Shown: piece by piece, positions 24,928 to 39,350 of the stretch
Numbering within the stretch: the stretch's first letter is position 1
Layout: each line of letters starts with the position of its first letter
Source: the human T2T-CHM13v2.0 reference genome, Homo sapiens
Direction: 5' to 3' (one strand)
DNA length: 64,000 bases
Assembly: GCF_009914755.1 (NCBI RefSeq)
Contig: NC_060936.1
Position numbers and translations under genes: made by a program
Notes under the pieces: generated by a model
Database searches by the model: none
What the model saw: the letters and a program-made list of their open reading frames with translations, nothing else
Told to the model about the DNA's origin: nothing

Positions 24928-24937
24928 CCTTAAAAGG
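24928..24937. promoter_or_regulatory. Perfect CArG box (candidate SRF site) in CSRP2 intron 2
   Basis: CCTTAAAAGG matches CC(A/T)6GG. Function not shown. Confidence 0.4.
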
Positions 24938-26014
24938 CTTTAGTCAGCAGAGACAGATATTAGAAAGGATTCGTAGAAATGACCAGTAAAGAACTTGACA
25001 TTTAGTAAAACAAATGTCAACAGCATACACGCATATGTTACTATGGTGTAGACATTGTGGCTTAACCTAGACAGATGAAACTGAGAGCAATTTCTAAAGT
25101 ATTTGCATTCTGTTTCCATACTTTCTTGGTTACAAGCCTGCTGAAAAATAGATTCCTTTTTTAAAAAAGTAACTTCTAAAAGCAATGGTTAAACCAAGTC
25201 TTCTGAGGAAGGCATACATAGTGAACATTCCTATGTAGTATTTTTATTTTTTTGTAACTGCAACTTTCTGTTGTCTGCTTCTGGTTGTCTGCAAAGCAGT
25301 TTAGTTATGCTATTAAAGAGGTCCAGATACCTTGAATGCTGGCTCCAATGAGGGAAAAGGACAATTCAAATTTGAGAAAGAAGTCTTTTCCTGAAGATTA
25401 TTTCTCAATGTAACCTATTTTTAACCTATGGTTTTCTGTAGGAATTTTCCCTGTACAATACTATTGATAAGGCAAACATCTGCCCGTATGGGTGGTTTTA
25501 CCTGACATAATCATTCATTAAAGAAAATTCTGTCATTAAATCAGAAGATGATTAATGAAGTGCTTTAAGTTGCTACTCTACAGTTTTAAAACCAAAGACT
25601 TTGTTGTCATTAAAGGGAACCTGAGAAAGAGAAAGCTGGGGTGGATGAGGAGCAATCATTTACTCAAAAATGGGAGCTAAGCCCTTGTAATGTGCCAGAA
25701 ACTGTGCTAGGTGCCAGACCACATAAGTGACACCCAGCACTCAGTGAGGTGGGGGAGGCAGATGTGTTAACAAAATAAAGGCCAAAATGGAGGCCAAAAG
25801 CTATGGGGACACAAAGGGAGGCTGGGTGTCTTGGGCCACCCCTCCTGTCTTCACTGCTAGGCTTGGCATTTACAACATCTAAGAAGACAGGTAAAAACCA
25901 TTCGTGCTTTCAAAATGATCTTTGTTGGCAAAACCACAATTTTTCCTTAAATAGACATATTGAAGCTCTGTACATACAAATTCCGTCAAAGGTGGAGCAT
26001 GGAGAGCTACTTAC

Positions 26015-26126
26015 TGCAGAGAAAGCAGCAGCGGTGGAAGCTCCTGCCATCACACTGCACCTCTTCTGCGTGGTACACGGTCCTCCCACAGGCCCCACAC
26101 TTGTTTCCACCTCCCCAGACAGGCAT
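26015..26126 (-). CDS. CSRP2: CSRP2 exon 2 coding part (start codon, LIM1)
   Basis: ttcag|A ATG CCT...TGC A|gtaagt; [37 protein letters not shown]. The five coding exons total 582 nt = 193 aa plus stop. Confidence 0.98.
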
Positions 26127-27071
26127 TCTGAAGGAATAAAGGATTCATTAGAATGTCCCTGTGCTGGTCGTACGGCTCCCTAGAGGGCTATTTAAGCCCA
26201 GGGACAGCTGCAGATTTTCGTTTCTTTATGAACCTCTCTAACCACATCTTTCAAAGGCCTGCGTTCCTCCAAAATAACCTCATCTCCTCTCCCAAATAAC
26301 AACTCTTTCATTAGGAAACTGGCTTGTCGTGCACAAGATTTTTTTTTTTCCTGCCAGACAAAGGACCTGCATTCAGTACAATAGTACAGGTCACCAGGCA
26401 CAAAACAAGCTATGCCATTAGAATCCACAGGAGTTAAGAAAGAAGCGTGGGGAGGGGAAAGGCAAGCCTTGTCCCCCTCCCTAATATGCCCATTTTTAAT
26501 AAACATATTTTTTTGAACTCAGCTGAAGATCTTACCCTTGGGTGGAGGTTTTCATTACATGTTTAATTAATTGTAACAACACTAAATTCTTAACGTTTAA
26601 CATATATAAGCTATAACACGCTTTCTAGGGAACAAAGTGTGTTGCCCTGCAAGAACAAGTTTTATATTTGTTTGCTGAAATTACACGATTGTAGCATAAA
26701 TAGCTGTGTCTGTGACTCGTACAACTGCATGCACGGAACTTTTGCCGTAACCACAACAAACGCCCATCCAGATGGCTCCGGCTTAAGTTTCTATGCTTCA
26801 CTAACCCCAAGGCCCACTAGTGCAGCCAGCAGTTGGGTTTTCCTCTTTGACAAGTCAGTCAGGCCATACAGAATCTGCTACAAGTTCCCTTCCTACCAGT
26901 TGAACTGTTTGCTGAGCATGCAGGAATAGCCTCTGAATAGTATGGCCTGCTGTAAAGGGCAAGCTGGAAGTACAGATCCTAGGATGTCTCACTGTCATGT
27001 AGGGCCAACATTTTCTCGTCTCCCTTCTCAACAAATTAGTCTGCCTCGACCACTTTAAAATGCCTGGTTCT

Positions 27072-27382
<311 letters not shown>

Positions 27383-28132
27383 GCCTGGTTCTGAATGGCC
27401 AGCTTCCTCAGATGCCTTAACCAGTACAGAAAGTTGTTCTGCTAAGAAGACATGTTATGTCTGCCCTGCCCTGAGTGGTATCTAAAAACACAAGCGATTG
27501 ATTCCCCTTTCCCCATCATCTTTTTTGAGCTTCCTTCTGTAGAGTGGCATTTGCAGCCCTTGCCTGTTAGGTCTCCTTAGATAGACTGCTTGCCTCTCTA
27601 GGAAATAGGTGGCTAATAAGGCCGAGGCCTCTTACTAACCCAAACCTGGCTAGAAAGAGAAGGGAAACAGAGTGCTACTAAGTAGAAAAGATTAAAGAGT
27701 CTCCAATCCTTAAAATCAAAAGGGATGTGGGAAATTCTCATCTTATCCCATTAAGGTGATCCAGAACCTGACAATTTCCTGAACACAAAGATGAGGCCTC
27801 TCCAAAAGAAAGATTAATGGAGTTGATCATTGCGGTGGGGAACTTTCCAGCACTCAGTATTCTCTTGCCTCTCTTCTGGTGGTACCTTCCCTAGACTGTC
27901 TTCCGGGAAAGCAGCCATCTCTTTCTTAGACCATGTGGTTTAGAGAAGTGCTCATTAAAATGTGGTCTCCTGGTGATGGATGGGCCACTATTCTTGTTAC
28001 CAATTTGAGACAAACTTCAGGTAAGCATTTAGAAACTTTTACGCCACAAAAACTAAGAGAAGATCAGTGAACTCATCTTGTTGAACAGAGTCATCAGTCT
28101 GTACTTGGAAATTAAAAATAACAGTCCTTTAC

Positions 28133-28495
28133 TGATATGGTTTGGCTGTGTCCCCACCGAAATCTCATCTTGAATTGTAGCTCCCATAATTCCCATGTGT
28201 TGTGGGACGGACAGGGTGGGAGGTAACTGAATCCTGGGGCGAGTCTTTCGCGTGCTGGTCTCATGATAGTGAATAAGTCTCACAAGATCTGATGGTTTTA
28301 TAAAGGGGAGTTCCCCTGCACAAGCTCTCTTGCCTGCTGCCATGTGAGATGTGACTTTGCTTCTCATTCACCTTCTGCCATAATTGTGAGGTCTCCCCAA
28401 TCATGTGGAACTGTGAGTCAATTAAACCTCTTTCCTTTATAAATTACCCAGTCTCAGGTATGTCTTTATTAGCAGTGTGACAACAGACTAATACA
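28133..28495 (+). mobile_element. THE1B-like solo LTR (ERVL-MaLR)
   Basis: TGATATGGTTTGGCTGTGTCCCCACC...CAGACTAATACA, 363 bp, with a perfect 5-bp TSD TTTAC. Confidence 0.93.
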
Positions 28496-28527
28496 TTTAC
28501 CATAGATGATTTGAAAAGCACTGGTTT

Positions 28528-29250
<723 letters not shown>

Positions 29251-29392
29251 ACCCCCAACTCCAAGGCTGGGCATGTGACTCAGTCACGGCCAATCAACTG
29301 TGCCTTATCTTATCCTGCATGCCTCAGTTATGAGCCAATAAATTCCCTTCTTAAGTCATTTGGAATTGGAGCTCCTGTTCCTTAAAACAAAC

Positions 29393-29393
<1 letters not shown>

Positions 29394-29447
<54 letters not shown>
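29394..29447. repeat. (AC)27 microsatellite
   Basis: Uninterrupted dinucleotide run. Confidence 0.98.
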
Positions 29448-29449
<2 letters not shown>

Positions 29450-30591
29450 CTGACTGGTATGGCTTGTTATCACTAAAATGTAAGTCTGAATTTGCAAAAA
29501 GCCAACTTCTCTTAACCAGACAGGAACAAAGTCATTCCAAGGGTCCACAAATGTTACCAGGCTTACCGTGAAGGCATCCATATAGGATCAGTATCTTGCG
29601 ACAATAGGACATGTTTACAAGCTTTCCTTTTGTAGCTGCATAAATCTTTTATTCTCCTCCCTGGAGACAGGCACTCCATTGTTGAAATCCAGAGTGAAAC
29701 ATAAGCCTGGCGGTAAAACCTAAGACATAAAGCCTTGGCTCCAACAGCCTGCACTGACCCGTGTTTGTAGTACAGTTAGAGAAACTGACCTTGCCCCTTG
29801 CCTCCAAAGCTACCTGTATTCTGAATGCTCATGGATGCAACAGACATCTGCTGGAAGTTCCCTCATGATTCCTGCAGAACCAAAGGCCAAATCCAGGCCT
29901 CCAGGTAATGACACTACAATTACTTATATTGGATCCCAAGTTATCAACTGGTTCTTAAAATACTTTGTTGTTGTCGAGGCATTTCTATCATTGAAACATT
30001 TCTCATATTAGAAAGTGAACTGTTAATACCAACTTGGTATTTTTCATTTTCACACATATTTACTTTGGAGCAATCACCAGTAAGGAGCCAGATTGCTATC
30101 ACGACTGAGGCTAGACTAGGCTGTCTTTGAATAACACTTAAAAATACATTAAAAGGAAAACCCAACTAATAACCTTGTTATTCTCTTCCATACCATTGAA
30201 GAACAGCCTGGATTTTTAAGAAAGAAGGAATATCTTCCCTTTCTTTATGTAATTCAGGGTTTCTTTAAACTTACTTATTCTAAGTTAACTGCACCAGCCA
30301 AACGTAAATGTGTCAGCTTTTCAGGAAATACCTATCAAAGTTCCACAACATTCAACTTACTGTGCAATAAGTTTCTGGTCCCTTGATGGTGGGGACCACA
30401 TCTCTGTATTCTCCACACCATCTATCAGAGTATTTGCATATATCAAAATATTGCAGTTCTATCCAGCTTAAGGGCTTTCCTAAGGATTTCTGAATAACCT
30501 TTTCTGTGATAGAGGGAAATGATGTAACAAAAGAACATTGTCAGAAAGCTTCAGTTGGATTTACATTTTTTTTTTTTTAAGATGGTTAGGG

Positions 30592-30896
<305 letters not shown>

Positions 30897-31360
30897 TTAT
30901 ATTGTTCTCTACTTTGTATGTCTGAACTATTTCATAATGGAAGGAGGGAGAGGAAGTTGATTGACTGGTTTAAACACACCTGGATTAACTCCACCGTTAT
31001 AATAGCTGCGCAACCTTGGGCTTCATTTTCTCAAGCTAAAAATGGGGATAGGTAGCTCTCTCTACCCACAGAAATATTGTGAAGGCAAGATAAGGTAAGC
31101 AAATGCCTTGGCAGGAATCCAGTAGCTGTCAGCTTGAAGACAGAGGGGACATCTAACTCTATCCAGCCTGCTATCAGTACTCTAGTAGGAAAACCCACCA
31201 ACCAGCACCTAGAACATAGCTGCAGAGCAACAAACAAGGTAAGGACAAAACTGAGCTGATTGGTCACTATAAACCTTCTTTTTTGGGGACATTAAAATGC
31301 ACTCCAAAGTAAAGCAACAGTTCCACATATGGTGGTGACTGTCTAAGAAACAAAGTTCAA

Positions 31361-31678
<318 letters not shown>

Positions 31679-32211
31679 TTAGGCTGAACCTCTAATGGAC
31701 ATTTCCTGAATTTGGCTGGAAGAAGTATGATGATCTTCCATTTCTGTCACTCTTGGCATTGCTGTGCATAAAAAAAAAAAAAAGCAAGTCTTCATTTTTC
31801 TTACAAGCCTTTGGCCGTACTACTCCACTACAGCTGCCATTAATCACAGCAAACTGGATTTGCACTAAGCAATCTGGGCTGCATGCCTTTCCCAAATCCT
31901 AGGCATTAATTTACAGAATGGTAAAAGCAAAAATAAAATCCCACTTTACATGTGATAAAATAGGGCAAATTCTGTTTCTCAGTCTTGTTCCTTGTTTTTC
32001 AGTGTCTGAAAGAGTTCCAGCACTAGGATTTATCCACTGTATTACATGTTACAACGTGATTTATATCTGAACACCTATGTGCAATTTCTCCTTGCTACCT
32101 CTTCTTAGCCTAAGATGCCACCAAAATTCATAAGACTCACCCATGCGGAAAAACTGATATAGTCTAAGTCTGAGTCGTCTTATGGTACAGTTAGCTCACT
32201 CTCTAGATAAC

Positions 32212-32809
32212 TGTGGTAGGAGTTATTACGAAATTATTTTAGGCAGATAGAGAGGAAAAGGGGTCCTTGGGAAGTTTTCATTTTTTAAAGCATCTCTGGA
32301 AAAGTTTCTTGTAAAGCCCTGGCTCTTAGAGCCAGGCCAGCAACCTTTGATATGCAAATGCAGGCCATGTGGGCCATGCAAATGCCCCACCTGTGCCTGG
32401 TGACAGGGCAGCCTCCACATATCCCCACGTGTGTGGAACATCATGGCGCCCTGCATTTGCATACTAAAAAGCTAGGGTGTGAGGGCCAGCTTTTTCTTGG
32501 GCTACGTGAATGACATGCCTGGTCAAACCAATCCCCTAAGCCCTATGTAAATCAGACATCGCCTCCTCCAGTCTTTGCATATATACCAGGCTGGTATCCA
32601 TTGCAGGTGGGGACCTCCTCTTTGGGCTTTGGAGCCCCCCTCCCTGTGTCTCTGTACCGGGGAGCTTCTTCCTTCTGTCTTCTCCCTTCCTTCTTGCTCA
32701 TTAAACTCTCCGCTCCTTAAAACCACTCCACGTGTGTCCGTGTTGTTTTATCTAAACCGGCGGCAGGATCAAGAACCCTTGTGTTCCTGCACTCATCAGA
32801 GCCGTATGA
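32212..32809 (+). mobile_element. ERV1 solo LTR, LTR9 family (LTR9B-like)
   Basis: About 600 bp, TG...TATGA ends, 4-bp TSD TAAC/TAAT. CCAAT at 32528, TATATA at 32580, ATTAAA at 32700. Family assigned from recalled consensus. Confidence 0.8.
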
Positions 32810-34464
32810 TAATCAAGAGCTGACTACCTGGGCCATTCTCATACCATTAGTGCCGCATTTACTGTCTTACTTTAGAATCAGAATGACTTGAATCTATGAA
32901 ATTCAAATCTATATGTTACCATTTAAAGTTTAAGTTATCTGCCCTGAAACTAAAAGTTTGGATTGAATTAGTCTATATTCTATATTTGCCCAGATTCTAA
33001 ATGCCTCCAGAAGCTTTGACATTTTATTACTACATGTAGGGCCTTGTTATTACACTAGAACCTGACTATAATCCAATTTCCCCTAAAGGAGAATTTATTA
33101 TAAAATACAGTCTCATCTTGAGCCACATCCAGGGGGAGTCACTTGTTAAAGAATGTAAGTTAGTAGCACTGTCCCGTTACGATGACTTTTTAGCAAGACC
33201 AGGATTTGACAGCTGTAGTTAATTGGAAATTAAGCTTTCAGTTGATGCCTGTTCTACAAATTTTTTCTTCTGTTACCCCAACTACCCACTTAGTCTACTT
33301 CTCTTACGGAAGTGAATACCACTGAACCAAGGATGAACTCTTCATGTCTTAGTGATCAGCTCCGTACTCCATTTGGCTCCTCCTACTGAAGCCAAATCCT
33401 CAACCTGGCCTTTAAGTCAGTTCAGCATAAGGGCAAAGTAAGAACACGCGTTTGGAGTCCACGAAGTGTCATTTCTCTCATCCGTAAACTTAGGGCAACA
33501 GTACCTTTTTTAGAGAGTTAAGAACAGTACCATCTTTATAGAGTTATAGATGAGGTAACGCTTGCATAGTGGGGACTCAAATGATAGTATCAATATTTAG
33601 CAATGTTCTAACCTTTGTTATCAATACTCATCTTGCCCTACCATCTCACATATCTATTCCTTCCTTATCCCCCAAACCCTCCCCATCAAGGCAACTGCCT
33701 TACCTCCGTTCCATCCAGCTAACTTCATTTCTGTATCTCAAGTAATTTTTCTAGGGTAGAGGCAGCTTATAAGCACTGCATAATGCTTTACTGTTTATGA
33801 AGCTCTCATATAAATGTATTAATTCAACAGTATTTCATAAGCCAGGTACTGGGTTAGGGGGCTGAGGATAAATGGGTCATAAGGAAAGGCCCGTTTTGCA
33901 CAGAGTTCTACTGAGGTGGTAAAAACATGTGGACAAACAATAGCAATATAATAAATGACACAGAGGCATGCAAAAAGGGCTTTTGAAGGTCTGCACCATT
34001 TACTTTCACAGGCATGACAAAACAGTTTCATCTTGCAGATCCACTGAGAGTGGATTCCTGGAACTACGTTGAGAAAGATTCTGAAATTCAGTCCAGGTTC
34101 TACAATCAAGAGAACTGTGATTAATTATTTTTGCCATGGAAATACCGCAGTACACATGCCACCTTTTAGACATGCCAGATATAAAAGAAACAGTGCGGAG
34201 CTTAGAATCAGATAGACACAAGCTGGTTGTCAAAGCTAGTTATCAGCTATGTGATCCTGGCCAAATTTCCTTAACCTCTGAGCCTTAACTTCCTCAGAGG
34301 TAACTTGGAAATGGATGAGAACTATCTTATAGGCGGTTGTAAAGATTTAATGAGATAAAGTTTGTAAAGTACCTGGCAAAGAGCCTGTACTCCACAAATG
34401 GGCGGGCTTCCTTTTCCTTTAGGAGCACTCGGGGCCTGAATATACCAAGTTCAGTCCGTTAGGT

Positions 34465-34838
34465 CAAGGGTTCCAACCCCCAGGCCACAGACCGATGGCT
34501 GTGTTTTGTGTTCAGGCTACTTGCTACTGGTCTGTGGCCTGCTAGGAACCAGGCTGCACAGCAGGAGGTGAGTGGAGGGTAAGCGAGCATTACCACCTGA
34601 GCTCTGCTTCCTGTCAGATCGGCAGAGGCATTAGATTCTCATAGGAGCGGGAACGCTATTGTGAATTGTGTAGGTGAGGGATCTAGGTGCCCACTCGTTA
34701 CGAGAATCTAATGCCTGGTGATCTGAGATGGAACAGTTTCATCCCAAAATTTCATGCCAAAACCATCCACCCACCATCCATGAAAAAACTGTCTTCCACA
34801 AAACTGGTCCCTGGTGCCAAAAAGGATGGGGACTGATG
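34465..34838 (+). mobile_element. MER1B (hAT-Charlie MITE)
   Basis: CAAGGGTTCCAACCCCCAGGCCAC...GGTGCCAAAAAGGATGGGGACTGATG; degenerate 8-bp TSD. Confidence 0.88.
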
Positions 34839-37800
34839 AGTTGGGTGACTTGCTGAGGTCACAGATCTCCAAAGAAACAAATCAGGCTCATGTTTTGATT
34901 CCAGAACCACAAGCTTTCCTCAAAACTCCCATATCTGACAGGCACAGAACATTAAGGGTTGAGACTATTCAAATGACCTGAGAATTCTCAATCCTTGAGT
35001 TACCAAATTACACACACAAATTACACACCTTCCTCTCCATCCAACTAGCGGTCAGTAAGTGGTCTCTGTGCACCACTCTCACACCCAAACTGCTACTTTC
35101 AACCAAAAAGCTTTTTATTACCCCTCTCTGCTAACCTAAATCTAACCCCACTGAAGGAAAACTCTCTTCTAATCTAGTGAACACTCCTGTGTGTACCTCA
35201 GCCTCACCATTCTTACTACTTCTGTATTCTGCTACCACTCGTGTCTTCAACTTAGAGTGCAGCAAAATTCGACACAGATTTGAATCACTATCTGCCAAAT
35301 CCCATATTGTAATTAAAATGCAACTATGCTATAAGCTCAGTAACCCTGATCCCCAACATCTGCCATAGCAATCCACAATCTGTGCAAAACTACAAGTTAT
35401 TTAATTATTCAAACAATTTAATATTTGCACGATTTTTTCATGGAATCAGACCTAGATATATATGCTGAGACTCTTGTTTATTTGCCAAATGATCACAGGT
35501 TGTTCATTTGATCTGCTAGTTTTCTCATTTTAAAAATGGGGACAATGCTTATTTATACAATAAGGCAGTTTTTAGATTAAACAATATATGCAAAACACCT
35601 AGAATAGTGTCTGCCACATGACAGGTAATAATTACAAATACTTCTATAAAGCTTAATATATGCTTTACTTATGTTTATATTACCTCATTTAATCCTCATA
35701 ACAACTAAAGTAAGCACTACCACTATTCTCATTTTATGAGTGGGGAAACTGAGGCATAGAGCTATTAAATGACTCATAACTGTGAAACCAAAATAAAATT
35801 ATCAATTCAACTTAAAAATGAATACCAATAAAATTCCAATTCAAAATTATTTCACTGATGTTTTGCTAAACTAAACCCCTGGTAGCAATACAGATGTAGT
35901 ACCGACCTCCATGGCTATGGCATAGGTTCTTCTTAAGCTGAGTAGTTCCTGCACTGCCGTGTGCTGGATGAGGATTCAATTCTCTCTGCTTATTTTCTTT
36001 TGGAAGTACTGTGAAACCACCATGAAGCCCTCTTTCCTATAGTGAACTGGGAAGTAATTTGGCCCTAATGTATTACATGGTGTCTGTTCTTATTAGTCGA
36101 AGACAATAGTATTGTTGGCACAATAAGATTGTAAACAAAAAAACAAGGAACCTGATATCCTTTCCAGATCATTCACCATGTACTTCTATTAGTTCTTCCT
36201 CTGTGACTTACAACAATAAAATTTTTAACAATCAGAAATTGTGCCTGTGGTAAAAAGGAATTTGAAAAGGAAAAAATATAAAAAAAAGAAATTGTGCCCA
36301 GCTTCTCCACTATCCAGACTGAGAAATATTCCCTTAATTCAGGATTCTTAACCCAAAGGCCACAATTCCTTTTAATTCTGGGGGTTGGGGAACTTGGTAC
36401 CACATACTTTATGTTACGTCATTTTGAGAAGGGGTCTGGAGGCCTCACAGGAGTGCCATGATATAAAAAGTCAGAAACCCCACCTAGGTAATCAAAGATC
36501 CAGAGGTGTCTGGGGATCCCCACCCAACAGAACCCAAGGGATGGCATGCTGGCAGTCAGGGTAAGGTGCCTTGAGGAAACCTGTGAACATCTGCACAGAG
36601 AAGAAAGCTGGCCTCCAGGCAAGGTCTAGGAAACGCTCTTCAGGTGTGAGCCAGCTCTCTCCTGAAACAGACTTTCACTGATAGCCTTTTCCCACATATA
36701 TTCAACCAAGTGCACAACTTTGTCTAATTACAAGGAACTACTCCCAGGCTGGGCTGGGCTTTGTACAAGTATCAACAGGCCTTATGACAACCCTGCAAGG
36801 CATGTGCCACTACACCCATTTTACATGATGAAGTATTGAGGCCAAAGAGTAAAGTTAATTTGCCCAAGGGCATCAAACCAATGGGTACTGGAGTTGAGGT
36901 GTGAATTTGGTCCTGCCTGGCTTCGTTCCTCCCCCTTTCAGCCATGCCTCCTCTCCCATAGGGGGCTCCCTTTTGGGGTTCATTTGATTCACCTCACTTT
37001 TGACAAAGAAGAAAACCTAGAGACCCAGATCACTATAGCAATTTAGTGTCAGAGTTGCCTCTGGACTCAGGCTTCTAAAACTCCTCATTTATTGCTGTCC
37101 TCTACTCTACACCAACATTCTTGCTGTTTTAGGATAAAATTCAATCTCCCCCAAATCCAAGTGATTTTGCAATTTCATCAGGACAGGCCTCCAGCAAGTA
37201 CTGCTTTCAGCACAGTACTTAGCCTATACCAGTATCAATCAATATTTGTTAAATACATTCGGAGAAATGCATTAAAAATTTATGATACGAACTTTAGATC
37301 AAATCTGCAAACAAATACCTATTGTGTGAGTCAAATTATATTTTTGTTCCCTATAATCACAACCTTATTCGCTCCTTCTTTCAGTCAATTGTCCAAGGTA
37401 CCCAAGCAAGCACTGTGAGTTTCAAAGACTCATGTGATGCAGGTCTGGTCTCAAAGGTAACACAGAACCAAAAGAGCAAAGAAAACTACAATGCAGAGGA
37501 GAAAGGACCCAGAGAAATACTGACAAAGTATCAGTGACAATGGACGAGAGCGATGACCCCAGGAGTACTGGGGGAGACCACTTAGTACTTCACAACATTC
37601 TTTGTAGCTTGGCATGCAGTTCTGAAACTATGTTAGATTCTCCCTTTCAAAATCTATCACCCAATTCTTTCTTGAAAAACGTGAGTCAAAGTACAGCCAA
37701 CTTTGTGGCTGTCCTATTTGAATTCTTGGCATTTTATGAGGAGAGTTTTAAAACAGGTTAATTGGAAAAGTCAAGAACTAAATACGACGATTTTCGCTGC

Positions 37801-38249
37801 CCGGGTTAAAAAATTACTAACTGCCCCCGCCCCACCCCCCCACCCCCCAAAAAAAATTCTGTACCGAAAAGCATTTATAAAGGGAAAATGTGCTTGGTTT
37901 GCAGACTGCAAATAAAACAGGTTAAACATTTTGGGTAGCCATTTAAGTAAAAATCGTTTAACAAATGTCCTGGCTTAGAAGGGGGAAAGGGATCCGCCGG
38001 TTTAGAAAGCCCGCCCCCGCCCCCAGGGGGTGCCTACGTGGAGCTCCTGAATCTGGCTCTGGAGAACCCAGAATGTGATTCGCAGGACCTGTCGCATAAT
38101 TTCACAACCAAGCATTCTTGCATTCTTCTTTGTACCTGAATCGTAGAAAGTTCTGGAAAAAGCTAGGAGTAAGTGATTGACATTCCCTGCTGTTCCTTCA
38201 ACATAGAGGGGTTCGGTGCTGGGTGGGCAGACACCACCAAACAATGGGG

Positions 38250-39350
38250 ATGCCAGGAGCCCGGTACGGCGGCAGGAGCAGTACCCTGGGCTCGGGGGGA
38301 TGTAGAAGCCCCATTCCACCCCTAGGGGACAGAACCCAGTAAGGTCGCCCTCGGTGCTCACCACACTCCGGGCAGAGGGGGCCCTGAGACTCCGACCCCC
38401 ACCCCAGAGAGAGCCTGCCGCTGGACGAGGGGACCGACGGCTGCTAAGAGGCGGATTAGCAGAAACGCGAAACTCACAACCCGCCTCTCTCCCAGAGAAA
38501 CCAGTATGGAGAAATTAAAGGTCATATAAGATTATTTACCTGCCCCGCGGGCCTGGGATCCCAGGGCATGGCCTGGACGGCCTCGGGGACAAGGGCAGGT
38601 GTGTTTGGGGGATAAGAGAGAGAAAATCTGGGGCGCAGGGATGAGAAGGCTGGCAGGGGCACAAATGCGGACCGGGATGGGGATGTCGGAGGAGACCGGG
38701 GCGCGCCGGCCGGGCGACAGCACGACCCCGGGAGGCGGTGGAAACCCCCTGCAACTCCCGCCCCGGGGTTGGCGGCGCCGCGGAACCGCCCCACCGCCCC
38801 TACTCACTTGAGTCGGAGGCGGGAGCACGTACCGCAGGCGGAGCTAGCGAGGCTGGGCTGGAGGGAGGGTCCAGGGAGTCCGAGATCCCAGGCGAAGCGC
38901 GCGCCGGTGCCTTTTAAAGAGCGCTCGGTGGGCGCGGCCTGTGTCCGCCCCGCCCTCCTCCCAGCCCCGCCCGCCGGATTCCCGGAGCCGCTTGCCGGGC
39001 TGGGGCGTGTAGCGGGCGGGCTGCCCTCTGCCCGCTCCGGGCTAGCCACCAGGAGACAAAAGGCAGGAGGCCCGCCTCTTCCTGCAGCTTCCCGCCCGCC
39101 CGGCATCTTCCCACGTCCCGGGACCGCTCCCTCCCAAAGGGACCCGGCAGTTCCAAAAGCCACTGGGACTTGGAGAGGGACTTCCTTCCCCTCCAGGGAG
39201 GCCCGGCGGCGGGACGGTCCCGCTGGAAAGTGGCCCCCGCCGCCCTGCGTCGGACCTGTCCACCGCGAGCGCCGATCCCCCTCTTCGCGGAGACAGTCAT
39301 GGGCCGGGAGGCTCCAGCAGTAGAAAGTCAGCCAAACGGGGCTTTCCGCC
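38250..39350. promoter_or_regulatory. CSRP2: CpG island / CSRP2 promoter with TATA-like box and GC boxes
   Basis: Very high GC and CpG density. TTTAAAAG on - at 38911-38918; repeated CCGCCC (Sp/KLF) at 38945-38975. Confidence 0.9.
38808..38889 (-). other. CSRP2: CSRP2 non-coding exon 1 (TSS approximate)
   Basis: Donor CTCAA|GTGAGT at 38807-38802 inside the CpG island, with TATA-like TTTAAAAG ~25 nt upstream of the inferred start. Confidence 0.85.

Noticed and set aside
32130-32184. Imperfect inverted repeat CATAAGAC...GTCTTATG
   Set aside because: Too short to call a miRNA or ncRNA hairpin; more likely a MITE remnant or chance.
33497-33548. Short tandem duplications here and at ~35003, 30640 and 57442
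   Set aside because: Two-copy slippage events, mostly inside decayed repeats, with no array structure.
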